Positions 62,001-64,000 of a DNA stretch of 64,000 nucleotides are shown piece by piece (the first letter of the stretch is position 1; every line of letters begins with the position of its first letter). The notes below the pieces were generated by a model. That model ran no database searches and was not told where the DNA came from. It saw only the letters and a list, made by a program, of their open reading frames with translations. The translations under genes were made by a program, and so were the position numbers. Source of the stretch: an uncultured SAR86 cluster bacterium (GTDB lineage Bacteria; Pseudomonadota; Gammaproteobacteria; Magnimaribacterales; Magnimaribacteraceae); the NCBI GenBank assembly GCA_902605935.1, contig CACLEI010000002.1, positions 2,302 through 66,301 on the forward strand, given 5' to 3'.

Positions 62001-62965
62001 GAACCAGTGGAAGCTCCTGAAAATGGAGATATAGCAGTTGGGTGATTATGTGTTTCTACCTTAATTACTAAATCAACTTCTTCTTCATGTGATGAATACT
62101 TGCCATCTCGTGGATAAAACCTTTCTGCTTTATTTCCTGAAAGAATTGCAGCATTGTCTTCATAAGCAGATATGACTCCTTCGGAATAATTAATATGAGT
62201 ATTTCTTATCATATCGAAAAGACTCTTCGGCTGGGAATTTCCATCTATTGTCCAACTTGCATTAAAGATTTTATGCCTACAGTGTTCGGAGTTCGCTTGA
62301 GCAAACATCATCAACTCTGCATCGGTAGGGTCCTTGTTAGTCTTTGAATAACTATCGAACAAATACATTATTTCTTCATCATTAAGTGCCAAACCTAGCT
62401 CAAGATTTGCTTGTTGAAGAGCTAATAATTGCTTCGAAGATATATCTATATCCTGTATAGGGCTTGGGTGGAGATCAGAAAAGAGGCCAGAAATATCATC
62501 TAAATTCAAAATAACATCTTGAGTCATTCTGTCTGCTATAGATTTTCCTACCAGCTTTAAATCTTGCATTTCAATTTCTTTTGACCACTTGAAACATTCT
62601 CCTTTTTCAACTCTGTCAATAAAAGAAAGACCGCAGTTTTTTAAAATCTCAGTAGCTTTCGAAGACCAAGGAGAAATTGTTCCTATTCTAGGTGTTATAA
62701 AAAAGAAACTCTTATCTGGGAAACTTTGATTATCACTGGCATTTAATAGACCTAATAATTCAAGTAATTCATTTTCTTTAATACTAGAAATATTTCTGTT
62801 TAGCATGCAAAAATAAATTTCTTGGGTCTCAACATCTTCTGCATTATCTATCTGAATAGATTGTCTTAATTGGTTTAATCTAAATTCAGAGTTATTTTCA
62901 TATCCTAATATGGCAATGATTTTGGGTGAAACTTCGATTATAGAGTTCATTGATGATTTCGACAT
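59066..62965 (-). CDS. purL: Phosphoribosylformylglycinamidine synthase (large-type PurL)
   Basis: AQANSEHCRHKIF, KVETHNHPT, HDVGAGG, GVCNGCQ, MMPHPER. Confidence 0.98.
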   Translation of the reverse strand: MSKSSMNSIIEVSPKIIAILGYENNSEFRLNQLRQSIQIDNAEDVETQEIYFCMLNRNISSIKENELLELLGLLNASDNQSFPDKSFFFITPRIGTISPWSSKATEILKNCGLSFIDRVEKGECFKWSKEIEMQDLKLVGKSIADRMTQDVILNLDDISGLFSDLHPSPIQDIDISSKQLLALQQANLELGLALNDEEIMYLFDSYSKTNKDPTDAELMMFAQANSEHCRHKIFNASWTIDGNSQPKSLFDMIRNTHINYSEGVISAYEDNAAILSGNKAERFYPRDGKYSSHEEEVDLVIKVETHNHPTAISPFSGASTGSGGEIRDEGATGIGAKPKAGLTGFTVSNLRLPSLKERWEIDEDKPDRIASPLEIMIDAPIGAASFNNEFGRPNILGYFRTYEAKTSDNHFGYHKPIMLAGGLGNIKKEHAFKKKVPVGSKLVVLGGPAMLIGLGGGSASSLSSGEGDTDLDFASVQRENPEMERRCQEVLDRCWQDENNPILFIHDVGAGGLSNAIPELVKDSGHGGLINLRDIPNSEPGMSPMEIWCNESQERYVLAIDQDDLERFSFICLRERCPYSVVGEITNGNNLEVYDSHFDNYPISISLETLFGKPPKTHLSFHSSSKNSSTLNLPEEITEDLLSEVLRHPTVASKGFLITIGDRSVTGLIARDQFVGPWQVPVADYGLCKTSFAGKSGEAMAIGERTPLSLISSKSAAKISVAEVITNIIPSGIAKLSDIKLSANWMGSPGKLDGNKDLFEAVEAIGMDLCPNWNITIPVGKDSLSMSTEWSEGKNDKSVISPLSLIVSGFAPVEDIRIATTPQLKANEDTSLIFIDLAKGKKRMGGSILAQVNKQIGGEAPDVECLEEMPNFVEAIHKLLTDKKILAYHDRSDGGLITTLIEMSFASRLGLEINLDTVLEDNKKLIDFLFNEELGVVIQVNTNDLDCVHNLLDESGLKDHSHNLGCISAEKEINFSYRDKKILSFPLKALLENWHKVGFEIQSLRDNPVTAEAEFRNDTDINNSGLRPKINFSIPKKIQLNSSRPRVAILREQGVNGQNEMAAAFNEVGFDCIDVHMTDLISARHTLAEFEGLVACGGFSYGDVLGAGGGWANSILFNEDLRKQFGDFFHNENVFSLGVCNGCQTLSLLKSLIPGATNWPDFKRNKSEKFEARLVQVSVKESPSIFFKDMGDSIITVPVAHGEGRVDASVNDISELNNNHHTTITYSDDKGSFTEDYPANPNGSLNGIAGVTNISGTVTIMMPHPERAFLKDQYSWSPDEWTHYSPWIKFFNNAREFIN

Positions 62966-62990
62966 TGTAATAAAAGCCCTTGCTAAGTAA

Positions 62991-63038
62991 ATACCTTATC
63001 TTGTGGTTTCTAGAATAAAAACACACTACATATGGTAT
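62991..63038. promoter_or_regulatory. Tandem NrdR boxes
   Basis: ATACCTTATCTTGTGG (62991-63006) and ACACTACATATGGTAT (63023-63038) fit acaCwAtATaTwGtgt and are offset by 32 bp. Confidence 0.7.
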
Positions 63039-63115
63039 TTTTTTAGTATTATTGACTTTGAAGGTGGAAATTTTTTATATATCACCTAGAATGCTGAAAA
63101 ATTTGGGGAGTCACG

Positions 63116-63847
63116 TTGAATAAATTTAAATTTCGATACTCTTTTATAGCTTTCCTTAGCCTATTGACTGTTCTAAGTTTGGAGGCCCCTATTCTTGCGT
63201 CTTATTCGGATGAAAATAAATCTTTTCTTCAGGATGATTTAGATTTTTTATGGAAAGGAGATAAGGCAGGTTTTATTACTTTCCTTCAAAGAGCAGATAC
63301 GAGGCTACCAAAATATAAGACTCATTTTCAAGAAGCGGCACAAGATATAGATGTTCACTGGACTCTCATTGCGGCTATAAGCTATCAGGAATCGCATTGG
63401 AATCCTAAAGCCATTTCTAATACAGGCGTTCGTGGAATGATGATGTTGACACAGAAGACGGCTAGAGAAATGGGTATAAAGAAAAGAACCCATGCAGGAG
63501 ATAGTATTTCAGGAGGAGCTAAGTACTTTCAAAAAACAATGGATAAATTCCCAAGTGAAATTTCTAAACTAGAAAGAATTTGGATGTCATTAGCTGCATA
63601 TAACCTAGGCTATAAGAATATTGAATTAGCAAGAGATCTGGCAAAATCAGTTAGCTTAAATCCCAACTTGTGGTCTGAAGTCTCAACGGCGCTAGAAGTA
63701 ATATTGGTGGATCGTTATGGGGAAGAGTCAAGAGAATTTGTTAAATTTGATCAAGTCATGCAGTACGTTGAGCGTATAGATTTATACTACAGAACTTTGT
63801 CAATGCTCTACAAAGACGAAGAACTTCTCTTATTAGCTCAGAAGTAG
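63116..63847 (+). CDS. mltF: MltF-type lytic transglycosylase, SLT domain only
   Basis: AAISYQESHWNP, TGVRGMMMLT, LAAYNLG; divergent from purL as in other gammaproteobacteria. Confidence 0.85.
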   Translation: MNKFKFRYSFIAFLSLLTVLSLEAPILASYSDENKSFLQDDLDFLWKGDKAGFITFLQRADTRLPKYKTHFQEAAQDIDVHWTLIAAISYQESHWNPKAISNTGVRGMMMLTQKTAREMGIKKRTHAGDSISGGAKYFQKTMDKFPSEISKLERIWMSLAAYNLGYKNIELARDLAKSVSLNPNLWSEVSTALEVILVDRYGEESREFVKFDQVMQYVERIDLYYRTLSMLYKDEELLLLAQK

Positions 63848-64000
63848 TTTGTCCTTCAGTTCTTCTACTCTGTCTCTATAACTTGCTGCTTCCTCGAATT
63901 CTAAATTCTTTGCATATTTATACATTTGATCTTCAAGTCTAATTATTTCTTTCTTAACTTTATCGGGATTATCAAAACTCTCAATTGGATCAAAATCTAT
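63833..64000 (-). CDS. uvrB: Excinuclease ABC subunit B, C-terminal UVR domain (partial)
   Basis: ...KKEIIRLEDQMYKYAKNLEFEEAASYRDRVEELKDKLLLS*. Confidence 0.85.
   Translation of the reverse strand: MDFDPIESFDNPDKVKKEIIRLEDQMYKYAKNLEFEEAASYRDRVEELKDKLLLS

Overview
AT-rich (roughly one-third GC, judged by eye), densely packed chromosomal segment of a streamlined marine gammaproteobacterium. Gene content and order (smc-zipA-ligA, ccmABCDEFGHI, alaS-lysC, purL/mltF, many lipid-catabolic enzymes, TonB receptors, AOX) suggest the SAR86 clade; this is inference, not a database result. It holds about 65 CDS, four tRNAs (Val-GAC, Leu-TAG, Arg-CCT, Ser-GCT), a SAM-II riboswitch with a terminator/antiterminator platform before metY, and Fur boxes before a Fiu/PiuA-like receptor. 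I saw no CRISPR array, integrase or transposase. Main signals: (1) a ~200-nt six-hairpin structured RNA in the 3' region of the Fur-boxed receptor, with an anti-Shine-Dalgarno/anti-AUG segment and some resemblance to PrrF, a candidate iron-sparing sRNA; (2) an 822-aa SMC with no recognisable hinge; (3) tandem NrdR boxes 32 bp apart before purL; (4) a consensus sigma54 promoter before two unannotated membrane microproteins; (5) nine co-oriented small ORFs beside tRNA-Val; (6) mnmC and aox, whose conserved N-termini begin upstream of any canonical start codon. All family assignments come from motif recognition, without searches.
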